Shown: in pieces, positions 48,619 to 58,989 of the stretch
Position numbering within the stretch: the first letter of the stretch is position 1
How the letters are laid out: the number at the start of each line of letters is the position of its first letter
DNA from: a virus
Virus record (IMG/VR): IMGVR_UViG_3300017917_000733
Coordinates: 1 to 64,000 of that record
Reading direction: 5' to 3' (one strand)
DNA length: 64,000 bases
The notes under the pieces: generated by a model
Databases searched by the model: none
Told to the model about the DNA's origin: nothing
The model's input: the letters and a program-made list of their open reading frames with translations, nothing else
Program-made: the position numbers and the translations under genes

Positions 48619-49561
48619 GGATATCGTTGACGTTGCTGATTTAGATTGCATATATCTAAGTTATGATGAACCACAAAAAGAAGAATTTTGGCTCAAGATT
48701 AAGAACATGATACCTTGGGCTAAACGAGTCGATGGTGTTAAGGGGTCTGACGCTGCACATAAAGCTGCGGGAAAAGCAAGTGAAACTGAGCGTTTCATTT
48801 TGATTGACGGGGATAACATGCCCGATGAAAACTTTTTCAACATGCAGTTAGACTTTACTGGGTTAGATCCTATCTACAAGAAAGCACAGTTTCGTTGGAA
48901 AGCAATTAATCATATCAACGGTTTACGTTATGGTAATGGTGGATTAAGTAGCTGGACTAAAGAATATGTATCAAAAATGAAAACGCATGAGGCACAAAAT
49001 GAAGGTGATGTGACACGTATTGCTGATTTTTGTATGGACAGTTCTGATAACATATACTGGGCTATGTGGGACTGTTATTCAACTACATATCCTAACTATA
49101 CCCCTTTCCAAGCATGGCGCGCAGGTTTTCGTGAGGGTGTTAAGATGGTACTAAGCAGAGGTGCTGTCCCATCAATAGACGAATTTAAAGAAACAGTCGC
49201 TACCAGAAATCTTAACAATCTCACAATTTGGCACAATGTAGGTGCCGATGTTGAAAATGGAATGTGGGCTATATATGGCGCACGCCTAGGTACATATATG
49301 ACATTGCTCACTGATTGGAATTCACAAAACGTTCAATGGTTCGATAATTACATTCAAATGTGGGAAGAACAAGAACATCGTAATCCATTGGTTGAAGCAG
49401 AAAGCATTGGTAAAGTTCTAAAAGACAAGTTAGGATTACCTATGTGTATTCTTGATGAAGAACAAAGCCTGTTCTTCAAGCGACATTACCAAGCCGATAA
49501 ATATAACTTGGGTCCATTGGTGAAAGAAATGGATGTAATAAGAAAGATTGAAGGTTGGTAA
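48608..49561 (+). CDS. Glycosyltransferase-like protein
   Basis: LSYDEP, RVDGVKGSDAAHKAA, FILIDGDN, YGNGG and AWRAGFREGVKM motifs. Confidence 0.6.
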   Translation: MSYEDIVDVADLDCIYLSYDEPQKEEFWLKIKNMIPWAKRVDGVKGSDAAHKAAGKASETERFILIDGDNMPDENFFNMQLDFTGLDPIYKKAQFRWKAINHINGLRYGNGGLSSWTKEYVSKMKTHEAQNEGDVTRIADFCMDSSDNIYWAMWDCYSTTYPNYTPFQAWRAGFREGVKMVLSRGAVPSIDEFKETVATRNLNNLTIWHNVGADVENGMWAIYGARLGTYMTLLTDWNSQNVQWFDNYIQMWEEQEHRNPLVEAESIGKVLKDKLGLPMCILDEEQSLFFKRHYQADKYNLGPLVKEMDVIRKIEGW

Positions 49562-50514
49562 TGGAACACAAATATATTAAATTAGTGCACAGCAATCCTA
49601 CACATGAAGATTGGTTCGTTGTCAACTGGTGTTTGGGTAATACTTGTAATTTTGCCTGTAGTTATTGTCCTAGCGAACTACATGACGGGTCCAAACCATG
49701 GCCATCACTTGATGATATCAAAGCATTTATAACTAAGACAGTAGAACAAACTTATCCTAGAAAAGTCTATTTTGAATTCACCGGTGGTGAAGTAACATTG
49801 TATCGTCACTTTATTGAAATATGTCAACACTGTACTGATTTAGGTGCTAAAGTTGGATTAATTAGTAATGGATCACGTACATTGCGCTGGTGGGAAGAAA
49901 ACAAAAAGTATTTTGACCATGTGTGTTTAAGTTTTCACCCGCAATTTGCTGACGCCGATCATTTCATTGAGGTAGTCAAGTTGTTACATGATGATATAAG
50001 AACGCATGTTAACATTATGATGGATCCTGATAAGTTTGATTATTGTTATGCAATTGCTAACAAGATTAAAAACTTAGGTAATTTGAGCATGGCATTACAG
50101 CCACTCATACACGATTTTGGAGATACATTGTATGACTATACTCCTTCTCAGAAAAATATCTTTGATAAGCAACATGAATTGATTACTAGACATATTAAGT
50201 TTACAAAGTCTTTTGATTATTACAGAGGTGCGATGCGACTAATATATCCCGATGGTACATCAGAAATTAGTAGCGCACATCGTTTTATTAGTTTTAAAAC
50301 TAACGACTGGAGTGGTTGGAAATGTTATTCAGGTGTTGAGCAGGTTATCGTTGATATGGACGGCAGCATTTGGCGCGGCTGGTGCAGAGTAGGTGGACCA
50401 ATTGGTTACATACACGATGCAAATTTAGAGATACCTACAGATCCTATAATATGTAATAAAACAATGTGTCATTGTAATTTTGATATTATGAGCACAAAGG
50501 AAAATAATGTCTGA
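49561..50514 (+). CDS. Radical SAM protein with C-terminal Cys-rich (SPASM/twitch-like) domain
   Basis: CNFACSYC, TGGE, SNGSR; C-terminal C..G...C...CNKTMCHC. Start taken at the TAATG overlap. Confidence 0.9.
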   Translation: MEHKYIKLVHSNPTHEDWFVVNWCLGNTCNFACSYCPSELHDGSKPWPSLDDIKAFITKTVEQTYPRKVYFEFTGGEVTLYRHFIEICQHCTDLGAKVGLISNGSRTLRWWEENKKYFDHVCLSFHPQFADADHFIEVVKLLHDDIRTHVNIMMDPDKFDYCYAIANKIKNLGNLSMALQPLIHDFGDTLYDYTPSQKNIFDKQHELITRHIKFTKSFDYYRGAMRLIYPDGTSEISSAHRFISFKTNDWSGWKCYSGVEQVIVDMDGSIWRGWCRVGGPIGYIHDANLEIPTDPIICNKTMCHCNFDIMSTKENNV

Positions 50515-51880
50515 TTCATTGAAAACAATTTGCGATTTGAAATGGAATTATCCTATATTTGGAATGGATAGAGGAGAGTTTCGTAGCTGCTGTAGAACAC
50601 CCACTAATCTTGTAACAGAAGCTGAATTGCAAGAATTTGGTATTGATGCATTTTTAAATTCACCTAAACAAAAACAAGAACGACTCGATTTAATTCAAGG
50701 TGTTAGAACAGAAGCATGTACAAGCTGCTGGAGACTAGAAGATTCCGGGATACAAAGTCCCCGACACCATCCTAAACAAATGTGGTGGCAACTTATCAAA
50801 TCAGAACAAGTTAAACCCAGTGAATACACAGAAGAAAAATTAAAGCTAGAACTAAGCAAAATCAATGATATAAACCATCCTGCATTAAACAGCTACAAGC
50901 CCTACATGCTAGAAATCAGTATGGGAAATACTTGCGATTTGAAATGCATGTATTGCAGTCATCACTATTCTACACAATGGGCTACGGAACGTATCAAGTA
51001 TTTTGAGATAACACAAGAACAATACGACAGAGAATTCCCCAAAGCACCGCCTAGCTTTGACGGTAAATTTTGGGAATGGTTTAATGAATACGGTCGTTAT
51101 AGTATCACACGTTTAGGATTGATCGGTGGTGAGCCACTTATCATGCCCGAGTTTTACACATTCATGGACAAAGTAATTGCTAGTGTTGAAGAAATTAATG
51201 ACCAACGTAAAGAAAAGATTACGTTGTGGATCGTTAGCAACTTAAATACACCATCAAATTACTTGCAACGTGTAATGCAATATCTACCTAAGATTGCTAA
51301 AGTGTTTAACTTAGAAATTTTAGGTAGTATGGAAAGTGTAGGTGAAAAGGCTGAGTATATTCGTAACGGGGTAAGTTGGGAAAGATTTACTAAGAATGTT
51401 GACACTATATTGTCTAATAAAGAACTAGAATTTGATTTTGGTTTTATTATGAGCGTTAACGCTTTGAACATTACCAGCTTAAAAGATTTCATCTCTTATA
51501 CAAAACAATTATATGAGAAACACGGCAGACCAGTAACATTAAAACAAAATTTGATTAGTTTCCCTAGTTGGCAAAGTCCTATGATATTATCACAGGATTT
51601 TATTCCATACTTAAAAGATACTATTAATTATCTAAATGACAACGCGGAATCTATGCCAGTAGTAAAAGATCCATTAGGGTCATGGTCTGCCTACGCTAAG
51701 TTCTTACAAACAATCATAGACGGCATTAACAATCCAAATATAGATAGAGTAGCCGACAGGCGCAAATTTGCTGAGTGGTTCGCTACTTATGATGAACGCA
51801 GGCAATTAGTACAAGCAGATGTTTTTCCAGAGTACCGAGAGTTTCAACGTATGTGCAAGGAATTGTTAGATGCTAAGTAA
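50507..51880 (+). CDS. Radical SAM protein with N-terminal Cys-rich domain
   Basis: CDLKCMYC, IGGEP; N-terminal C...CC...CTSCW. Confidence 0.9.
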   Translation: MSDSLKTICDLKWNYPIFGMDRGEFRSCCRTPTNLVTEAELQEFGIDAFLNSPKQKQERLDLIQGVRTEACTSCWRLEDSGIQSPRHHPKQMWWQLIKSEQVKPSEYTEEKLKLELSKINDINHPALNSYKPYMLEISMGNTCDLKCMYCSHHYSTQWATERIKYFEITQEQYDREFPKAPPSFDGKFWEWFNEYGRYSITRLGLIGGEPLIMPEFYTFMDKVIASVEEINDQRKEKITLWIVSNLNTPSNYLQRVMQYLPKIAKVFNLEILGSMESVGEKAEYIRNGVSWERFTKNVDTILSNKELEFDFGFIMSVNALNITSLKDFISYTKQLYEKHGRPVTLKQNLISFPSWQSPMILSQDFIPYLKDTINYLNDNAESMPVVKDPLGSWSAYAKFLQTIIDGINNPNIDRVADRRKFAEWFATYDERRQLVQADVFPEYREFQRMCKELLDAK

Positions 51881-53240
51881 AGCCAAATTTATACCTATAT
51901 TAGCAGAGAGCAGCGAAAAGGTTGTGCTTGCTAGAAACGTTGCCGCTAAATTGGATGAAGAGTACAACACAGATTTAAAATCGGTTGTCTACGGAACAGG
52001 TGATTGGACTGAACGTCTGCGAGAAAGAGTTCCCGACAATTTTTGCTTGTATCCATTCATACACTTTCAACTAGATCCTGACGGTAGAGCAAGACCTTGC
52101 TGTAAATACAAAGTCGGTGATGCATCTTGGCAAGAAAATGTTCCTAAATTACCAGAATCTAATATAGGTGAATTATGGGATCAACAGGAATTTCAAGAAT
52201 TACGTGATAAATTTTTGCGTAATGAAAGACCTAGTGGTTGTAAAGCATGTTGGGATGAAGAGGATGCTGGCATTAAGAGCATGAGGTTGCAGCGTGAGGC
52301 AGCAGGCAAAGAGCACCCGTTCGCTACATTCTTTCATCATATTCCAAGAACATATCCTAAGACTTTAGATTTAAAACTTAGCAATCTATGTAATTTAAAA
52401 TGCAGAATATGCACTCCTTTTTTAAGTAGTCAATGGATGAAAGAAATTAAGGATTTAAATGTCATCGACATGGGCACACATGAAAGTTTTGTTAATAACT
52501 CTAGGGAAAAGTTTAGCGCCAATCCTGAGAATGAAGAAATATTAAAACAGTGGGCACCCTCAGTTACATTTTTAGAATTTTACGGTGGTGAGCCATTAAT
52601 GCAGCAAGAGCATGATAAAATTCTGAAAATATTCCACGAATATGGTAACCCGTCTGAAACAGGTTTATATTATAATACTAATTCAACTATATGTGATGAA
52701 GAATTCTTTAAACTTTGGGCTCCATTTAAAGAAGTAATCATTAATTTCAGTATTGATGATGTGGGTGATAGATTTGAGTATGAAAGAAAAAATGCTAAAT
52801 GGGCTGAGACATTACGCAATATTGAATTGTACAAGGAATACGGTTTAAAATATAATGTCAATTTACAATTGAAGTTTTATACTACGGTGGGAATTCTAAA
52901 TGTGTTTTACTTGAAAGAGTTTTTTGAGTTTGCTAAACCATACAATATCCCTATTATGTTAAACATGGTTCACTATCCACATCATTACTCAATTGTAAAC
53001 TTACCAACAGAAGTTAAAGACAGTATTAAAGAGAAACTAATATCAATTGATACAGCTGGTACTCTTGATCCATGGTCTCCTACAATAGATAATATTATAA
53101 ATTTCATGTATGGTAATGAATGTAATTATGAACTATTAAAGATGCTCTTTGCAAAAGTTAGAATGCATGATGGATATCGAAATGAATCTTTTGAAAAGAC
53201 GTTTCCTGAATTTTATGAAATGATTCGTAAATATGAATAA
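51870..53240 (+). CDS. Radical SAM protein with N-terminal SPASM/twitch-like domain
   Basis: CNLKCRIC, YGGEP; N-terminal CLYPF...PCC...CKACW. Confidence 0.9.
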   Translation: MLSKAKFIPILAESSEKVVLARNVAAKLDEEYNTDLKSVVYGTGDWTERLRERVPDNFCLYPFIHFQLDPDGRARPCCKYKVGDASWQENVPKLPESNIGELWDQQEFQELRDKFLRNERPSGCKACWDEEDAGIKSMRLQREAAGKEHPFATFFHHIPRTYPKTLDLKLSNLCNLKCRICTPFLSSQWMKEIKDLNVIDMGTHESFVNNSREKFSANPENEEILKQWAPSVTFLEFYGGEPLMQQEHDKILKIFHEYGNPSETGLYYNTNSTICDEEFFKLWAPFKEVIINFSIDDVGDRFEYERKNAKWAETLRNIELYKEYGLKYNVNLQLKFYTTVGILNVFYLKEFFEFAKPYNIPIMLNMVHYPHHYSIVNLPTEVKDSIKEKLISIDTAGTLDPWSPTIDNIINFMYGNECNYELLKMLFAKVRMHDGYRNESFEKTFPEFYEMIRKYE

Positions 53241-54402
53241 AACTTTTTGTCCTATGCCGTGGATAAATTTGTCTACGGATGTTAATGGATCACTAAGACC
53301 TTGTTGTAAATTTGCACAACCTAGTCCTGACAACGAATATCAATTACCTAATATGAAAGATGGTAGTTTAGATGTAGTATGGAATGATGTTAAGTTTCAA
53401 AACTTACGACAAGCATTCTTAGATGGAAAGAAACCTAAAGAATGTCAAAGTTGTTGGGACGAAGAGGCTGCCGGAGTACAAAGTTTTAGGGTTCAATTTG
53501 CACAACATAAAAAAATCGATTTGTCTAAAGTTGAATTTACACCGTTTGCTAAAAACGGACCTATGGCATTAGATTTGAAACTAAACAATGTATGCAATCT
53601 TAAATGTAGAATTTGCGGAGCACAAGCTAGCTCTACTTTCTTGAAAGAATACCAAGAACGATTCAATATTAAAATTGAAGACGGTGCGTATTGGCTTTCT
53701 AATAAAATTCTAGGCACTCAAAACGAACAAGTGTTATCTGAATGGGCTAAGGATTTAGTTCATTTAGAAGTAACGGGAGGCGAGCCAATGGCTAGTCCTG
53801 AAAACATTAAAGTGTTAGAGTTATTGATAAATTCTGGACGAGCATCTGAGATTACTATACTGTTGAACACAAATGGTACACTGTATAACAAAAAGTTTAT
53901 AGACCTATTACTAAATTTCAAGTCAGTTACGTTATGCATTTCAATTGATGATTTATATGGACGTTTGGAATATGAGAGATATCCTACTGAGTGGGATGAA
54001 ATTCAAACCAATCTACAAAAATTCTTAAAATTGCGTAGTGAAAACAAAAATGTATTTTTAACATTGTGTCCTACAGTAAGTAATTTTAATGTTTACTATT
54101 TGCCTGAATATCTTGAATGGTCTAAAGAGTTAGATATACATACTTACTATAACATATTACATTATGCACCCAGTCATAGTATAAAAAATTTACCTGATAA
54201 GTTAAAAGATATTGTAGCAGAAAGATTAACAGCAACTGAGTTTACTGAAGTTAAACGTTTTCTTTTGCTTAAAAGAGAAAATGATAGTTTGATTCAGGAG
54301 TTCATTTCAACAACTATTGAATTGGATGATTTTAGACAACAAAACTTTGAAGAAACATTTGGTATTTGGGGTCAACTAGTCATGGAATATAAAAATGGAT
54401 AA
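53233..54402 (+). CDS. Radical SAM protein with N-terminal SPASM/twitch-like domain
   Basis: CNLKCRIC, TGGEP, NTNGT; N-terminal CPMPW...PCC...CQSCW. Confidence 0.9.
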   Translation: MNKTFCPMPWINLSTDVNGSLRPCCKFAQPSPDNEYQLPNMKDGSLDVVWNDVKFQNLRQAFLDGKKPKECQSCWDEEAAGVQSFRVQFAQHKKIDLSKVEFTPFAKNGPMALDLKLNNVCNLKCRICGAQASSTFLKEYQERFNIKIEDGAYWLSNKILGTQNEQVLSEWAKDLVHLEVTGGEPMASPENIKVLELLINSGRASEITILLNTNGTLYNKKFIDLLLNFKSVTLCISIDDLYGRLEYERYPTEWDEIQTNLQKFLKLRSENKNVFLTLCPTVSNFNVYYLPEYLEWSKELDIHTYYNILHYAPSHSIKNLPDKLKDIVAERLTATEFTEVKRFLLLKRENDSLIQEFISTTIELDDFRQQNFEETFGIWGQLVMEYKNG

Positions 54403-55570
54403 TAAATTAACAATAGAACAAATCGAAGAATATAATCAAAAACGTAGAGACTTTGATAAATCCAGAAATATTAACACAATAAGCCCTTGCGTTGCTCCGT
54501 ACAATAACATGTACTTCACCACCGAAGGACATGTTGCACCGTGTTGGTTATTAGTAGGTCAACTAGAGAAATGGGGCCCTGATAATTCTATTAAAGATAT
54601 ATGGACAAGTAAAACGTTTCAAACATATAGAGAAAATTTAAAGAATGGAATTTTTGAAAACAAATGCGGAGTATGCAAACAAAAAATAGAAGCAAATACT
54701 TGGCCACTCGCACTTGCATACGATGGTTTCAGTGTCAAAGAATATCCTACGTGTTTAGAATTGGAATTAAGTAATCAATGTAATTTAGAGTGTATCATGT
54801 GTGAGGGTAGACTAAGTTCCGGTATCAGAAAAAACCGTGATAAACTACCACCGATGCCAAATATATACGATGATAGTTTTGTTGAACAATTAAAAGAATT
54901 TATTCCTCATTTAGAAGAACTGCGATTCAATGGCGGCGAGCCATTTGCACAAAAAATTGTTTATGATATTTGTATGTTAGTGGCAAAACTCAAACCAGAA
55001 TTGCGTATCAATATTGCAACTAATGGCACAGTATATAATAAACAAGTTAGAGAAATGTTAGATAAATGTAATATTCATTTGAATATCAGTATTGATAGTT
55101 TGGACAAAGAAAACTATGAATCAATTAGGATAAACGGTGACTTTGATATACTCATGGATAACTTCCAAACATTTAAAAAATACTGTCACGAAAATCAACG
55201 CGGGCTAAGTGTTATGGTTAATCCGATGAGAAACAATTGGTGGGAAATGCCTGAGTTTGTTAGATTTGCTACTTCAAATAAAGTACATTTGTGGTATAAT
55301 ACTATTCATCATCCAGACCATTTAGGCATTTGGAATTTACCTAGTGATAAGTTAAAAGAAATATTAGATACCCTTAATCCAAAAGTAGAAGAACTACGAC
55401 CACCTGAAGTTTCTGATAACTTTACAGCATATGGTAATTGGGAAAAACTAAAACATTTTGTTCAGAATCAAATTCAAAATTGGTATAATAAACAACTTGC
55501 ACGTGAATCAGAGAATAAACAGAGAATAATAAATATTGCAAGTGCGAATAGTTATAGAGGAATTTCGTGA
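54395..55570 (+). CDS. Radical SAM protein with N-terminal SPASM/twitch-like domain
   Basis: CNLECIMC, NGGEP, ATNGT; N-terminal CVAPY...PCW...CGVC. Confidence 0.9.
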   Translation: MDNKLTIEQIEEYNQKRRDFDKSRNINTISPCVAPYNNMYFTTEGHVAPCWLLVGQLEKWGPDNSIKDIWTSKTFQTYRENLKNGIFENKCGVCKQKIEANTWPLALAYDGFSVKEYPTCLELELSNQCNLECIMCEGRLSSGIRKNRDKLPPMPNIYDDSFVEQLKEFIPHLEELRFNGGEPFAQKIVYDICMLVAKLKPELRINIATNGTVYNKQVREMLDKCNIHLNISIDSLDKENYESIRINGDFDILMDNFQTFKKYCHENQRGLSVMVNPMRNNWWEMPEFVRFATSNKVHLWYNTIHHPDHLGIWNLPSDKLKEILDTLNPKVEELRPPEVSDNFTAYGNWEKLKHFVQNQIQNWYNKQLARESENKQRIINIASANSYRGIS

Positions 55571-56436
55571 AAAAAATATTACTTAATGGTTGCAGTTTTG
55601 TAGCAGGCGATGCTATTTCTTGGAACAAGTATTATCCTGATATTGATTGGATAAAGTATGTCTATTTAAGAAAATTACATCCCACTTATTCATCTAAACA
55701 AATTGAATCAAAATTTTTTCTGTACACCACTAAGTTACGTCCACATGATAATTTGTCCGGTAAATTAAGAACTAAACTGGGTACTGAGGTACTTGATATT
55801 TCTATAGATGGAAATACAAACGATTATATCACAAACTCTACTATTGATTATCTTCAAACGCTGTCACCTGAAGAACGAAAAAACTACCATGTGTGCATCG
55901 GTTGGACTGAATATACCCGTCGCCTACGATGGATTATAGAACAAAATCATTTTTTCAATTTACACCATTCTCATTTATCAGATGATAATTTTATAAATGA
56001 AAAAGATTTCATAAAAGAAGTAATAGTAAATTCTGCTGAATTTGACCATTTATTTAATTATTACAACAATATATTATTGTTAGAAAATTACTTAAAAATT
56101 AACGGTATAACATATACATTTTGGCGTTCACTTGGCTATGAAATATTAAAAGAAACGCAGAGGGTAATCAATCAACCTAATAAAGTACTAGTGCCGTATA
56201 ATAGGCCATATAAAGCTACAGTGTTTTTCCATAATAATATTATGGATAGCAGCAAATGGATTAAATTTGTTGAAGACGATATGCCTTGGGCACGTAAGTC
56301 ATGGGGCAATAATGTGTATGAAAGAAAACTACATGTAGCGGCTAATAATCTTCACCCCAACAGTCAAGCTGTCGAAGAATTATCGGATTTGATTGTGGAC
56401 ATGTTAAAAACCTCAGGCTCTCTCAATCACAATTAA
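55567..56436 (+). CDS. SGNH/GDSL-like hydrolase or acyltransferase
   Basis: N-terminal NGCSFVAGD and C-terminal LHPN; GTG start overlapping the upstream stop. Confidence 0.65.
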   Translation: MKKILLNGCSFVAGDAISWNKYYPDIDWIKYVYLRKLHPTYSSKQIESKFFLYTTKLRPHDNLSGKLRTKLGTEVLDISIDGNTNDYITNSTIDYLQTLSPEERKNYHVCIGWTEYTRRLRWIIEQNHFFNLHHSHLSDDNFINEKDFIKEVIVNSAEFDHLFNYYNNILLLENYLKINGITYTFWRSLGYEILKETQRVINQPNKVLVPYNRPYKATVFFHNNIMDSSKWIKFVEDDMPWARKSWGNNVYERKLHVAANNLHPNSQAVEELSDLIVDMLKTSGSLNHN

Positions 56437-58986
56437 ACTCTCGACTTGTTCTGTTATTTTCCATTCATCATTTATAAATTTATCAACTCCGGTAGTAACT
56501 GCATCGTCCAACTTATACATATGAACTAATATTTTTCCAGTATCAACTAGTGTATTAGAGAAAAAATGTAACGCCTCAAGTAACCTATCAGTATCACCTA
56601 CTGATAATAAAATCATATTTATTTTTTTAGGGAATAAATGATACGTGGGTGAACTATACTCGTGCATTAGAGAAATATTTGTATATTTTTCAACAACTAA
56701 ATTTCGTGCAGTAATTCCTGTATTGTCCTTTTCGAATGATTCTAATAATGGTTTTAAAATTTCTAATGATTTCTCTTCGGATAATTTTAGATTTTTTCCA
56801 GCATCTATTAACTGTTCGTGTAGCCACTTTTGGTTTAGTTCTTCTCTCCAATGATTCATCCCAAAAGAGTTAAACGGATCTGCTGATATAACTTTAAGAG
56901 TTTTATTAGCATTTGCAATAATAACAGGTCTTCCTCCTAAGTTAGGACCTATATCAATTACTACCCCTCCTGTAGGTAAGTTCCTAGCGATATTATGCAA
57001 CGCGATTCTTTCAGGCACACTCATTGATGACAGACAGCTTTCTAAAGGAAGTTCTCTAGGACGTTGGTCAGATTCTATATAAAATATTTTTCTAGTTTTT
57101 GTTTTCTTAATATCAGTCCATTTACCAGAAGTTTCATATACATATTCAAAATCGGTTAATTCTGTCGCTGATTCAATATAGTTAACAAACTTGTATGTGT
57201 TAAGTATTTGGTAATTCCCACTATCATCGATTTTGAATCTTATTTTTGATGTGTAGGAATACATTGACGGTTCTACAACAAAAATGAAATCTTTGCGATC
57301 CAACTCATCATTAAAATCTATTGTTATTTCATACCCGCCTTTGACTCTCCATAACAACCTTAAAAATCCAAAAACTTCATTCATTAAGCTATCAGCAAAA
57401 TCACCATGCTCTGACTTAATTAAGTTGTAGTCAAAGTCTTCATACTCTACTTCGGAGGATACTTTTTCACTATCAAAATCTACAGTAAAATGTTCAGTTA
57501 TATCACCTATGCTATGTACATTAGTAAGTGTCCCCCCAAATGTTTTACACAAGTGCAACCAAATATGCATTAACTTGATTCTTATCATTCTATGCAGTCT
57601 AGTATTTTTAAGGTCTAGTGTATACCAACCTCCTAAAAGCTGGTGATCCCTAGGATTCATATTATACTTTTCGCGGTTATCATAATCTGAACCTAAGTTG
57701 TCACCTAAACCCGGGCCTGGACTAACTGCTAGAATTCTCATTCTATGATTCCACAACATGTTCATGCTATGTGAGAAAGCCTCAATGTCTTCACCAGGAG
57801 CACCAATTACCCAACATGCTGATACTTGCATTCCTACTTTGTGACTGTCAATTAAGTTTTGATTAATTTCTGCTACAGTGTTCTTTTTATTAATTGCTTT
57901 TAAAACCTTATCGCTACCGGATTCAATGCCATAGTTAAATCCTTGGGCGCCAGCAGCCTTCATTAATTTATAGAATTCAAGATCCATTCTGCCGTCTGCT
58001 CTCGCATATCCCCACCAATTGATACCTAAATCTCGTTCAATTAACCCTTCACAAAATTTTCTGAATTCTTTTAAGTTACCATTCATTAGGCTATCAACAA
58101 ATGAAACAAAGTTAATACCGTATTTTTTAACCTGATACTCTAATTCATCAATAACATTAGAGGAACCCCTGTCTCTAAATTTCCAGTAATATACTTCAGT
58201 ACAATAACTACACTTGGCAATACAACCTCTACTTATTTCAGCACAAATAGAATTTTTACCCCAGTATTTTTCTAAATCAAAATCAGAGTAATCAGGATAT
58301 GGCAAACTATCAATGTCTATACGTGTATCACTGTATAAACTACCTATAGAAATTTGTTCTGGTTTAATATCATTTTCCCAGTTGTTTAAAAAGTCTAAAA
58401 CGTTTTGTTCACTCTCGCCTATGAAATAATAATCAGATTCTTTGGGCATAACAAAATTTCTTTCGTTACACTGTGGTCCACCCATAATTATGGTAACATT
58501 AGGTTTGCGTTTTCTTAACTCTCGTATCATCCATAATGTAGGTTCAAGATTTGTATAATACGTACTGAACCCTACGATATCACTTTCTTCTTCTAGTATC
58601 TTATTCAAATATGATTCCAGTATAGGCTCATATGTAGGATGAATTCTAGTAAAGTATTCTGTACCTTGCCACCACCAATAATTAGCACCGTTCCATGCAT
58701 CAGCTAGGTCTGGGTTTGCTTCTTTGAGTGCATAATGTGATTCTACATTGAAATCAAAGACTCGTGTAGTATACCCAGCTTCGCGGGTTAATGCTGACAA
58801 TCTTGCAAGGTTGTACGGTGGCATATAGATAGCCCAACTACCCATTACACATAATGTTATTTTTGTTTTTCTAGAGGCAGTGAATACTTCTACTCCCTTG
58901 ACGTTCAAACGTAATTTTCTCGCATTGGGTGCAGTATTTTTAGGGAATACATTTTCTGCTAACCACGTGTCTTTATCTACAGCCAT
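56413..58986 (-). CDS. Cobalamin-binding radical SAM enzyme fused to a class I methyltransferase-like domain
   Basis: PPYNLARL, VGFSTY and MGGPQ (B12 domain); SRGCIAKCSYC, GIESGS; C-terminal VIDIGPNLGG. Confidence 0.85.
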   Translation of the reverse strand: MAVDKDTWLAENVFPKNTAPNARKLRLNVKGVEVFTASRKTKITLCVMGSWAIYMPPYNLARLSALTREAGYTTRVFDFNVESHYALKEANPDLADAWNGANYWWWQGTEYFTRIHPTYEPILESYLNKILEEESDIVGFSTYYTNLEPTLWMIRELRKRKPNVTIIMGGPQCNERNFVMPKESDYYFIGESEQNVLDFLNNWENDIKPEQISIGSLYSDTRIDIDSLPYPDYSDFDLEKYWGKNSICAEISRGCIAKCSYCTEVYYWKFRDRGSSNVIDELEYQVKKYGINFVSFVDSLMNGNLKEFRKFCEGLIERDLGINWWGYARADGRMDLEFYKLMKAAGAQGFNYGIESGSDKVLKAINKKNTVAEINQNLIDSHKVGMQVSACWVIGAPGEDIEAFSHSMNMLWNHRMRILAVSPGPGLGDNLGSDYDNREKYNMNPRDHQLLGGWYTLDLKNTRLHRMIRIKLMHIWLHLCKTFGGTLTNVHSIGDITEHFTVDFDSEKVSSEVEYEDFDYNLIKSEHGDFADSLMNEVFGFLRLLWRVKGGYEITIDFNDELDRKDFIFVVEPSMYSYTSKIRFKIDDSGNYQILNTYKFVNYIESATELTDFEYVYETSGKWTDIKKTKTRKIFYIESDQRPRELPLESCLSSMSVPERIALHNIARNLPTGGVVIDIGPNLGGRPVIIANANKTLKVISADPFNSFGMNHWREELNQKWLHEQLIDAGKNLKLSEEKSLEILKPLLESFEKDNTGITARNLVVEKYTNISLMHEYSSPTYHLFPKKINMILLSVGDTDRLLEALHFFSNTLVDTGKILVHMYKLDDAVTTGVDKFINDEWKITEQVESLIVIERA

Positions 58987-58989
58987 AAT

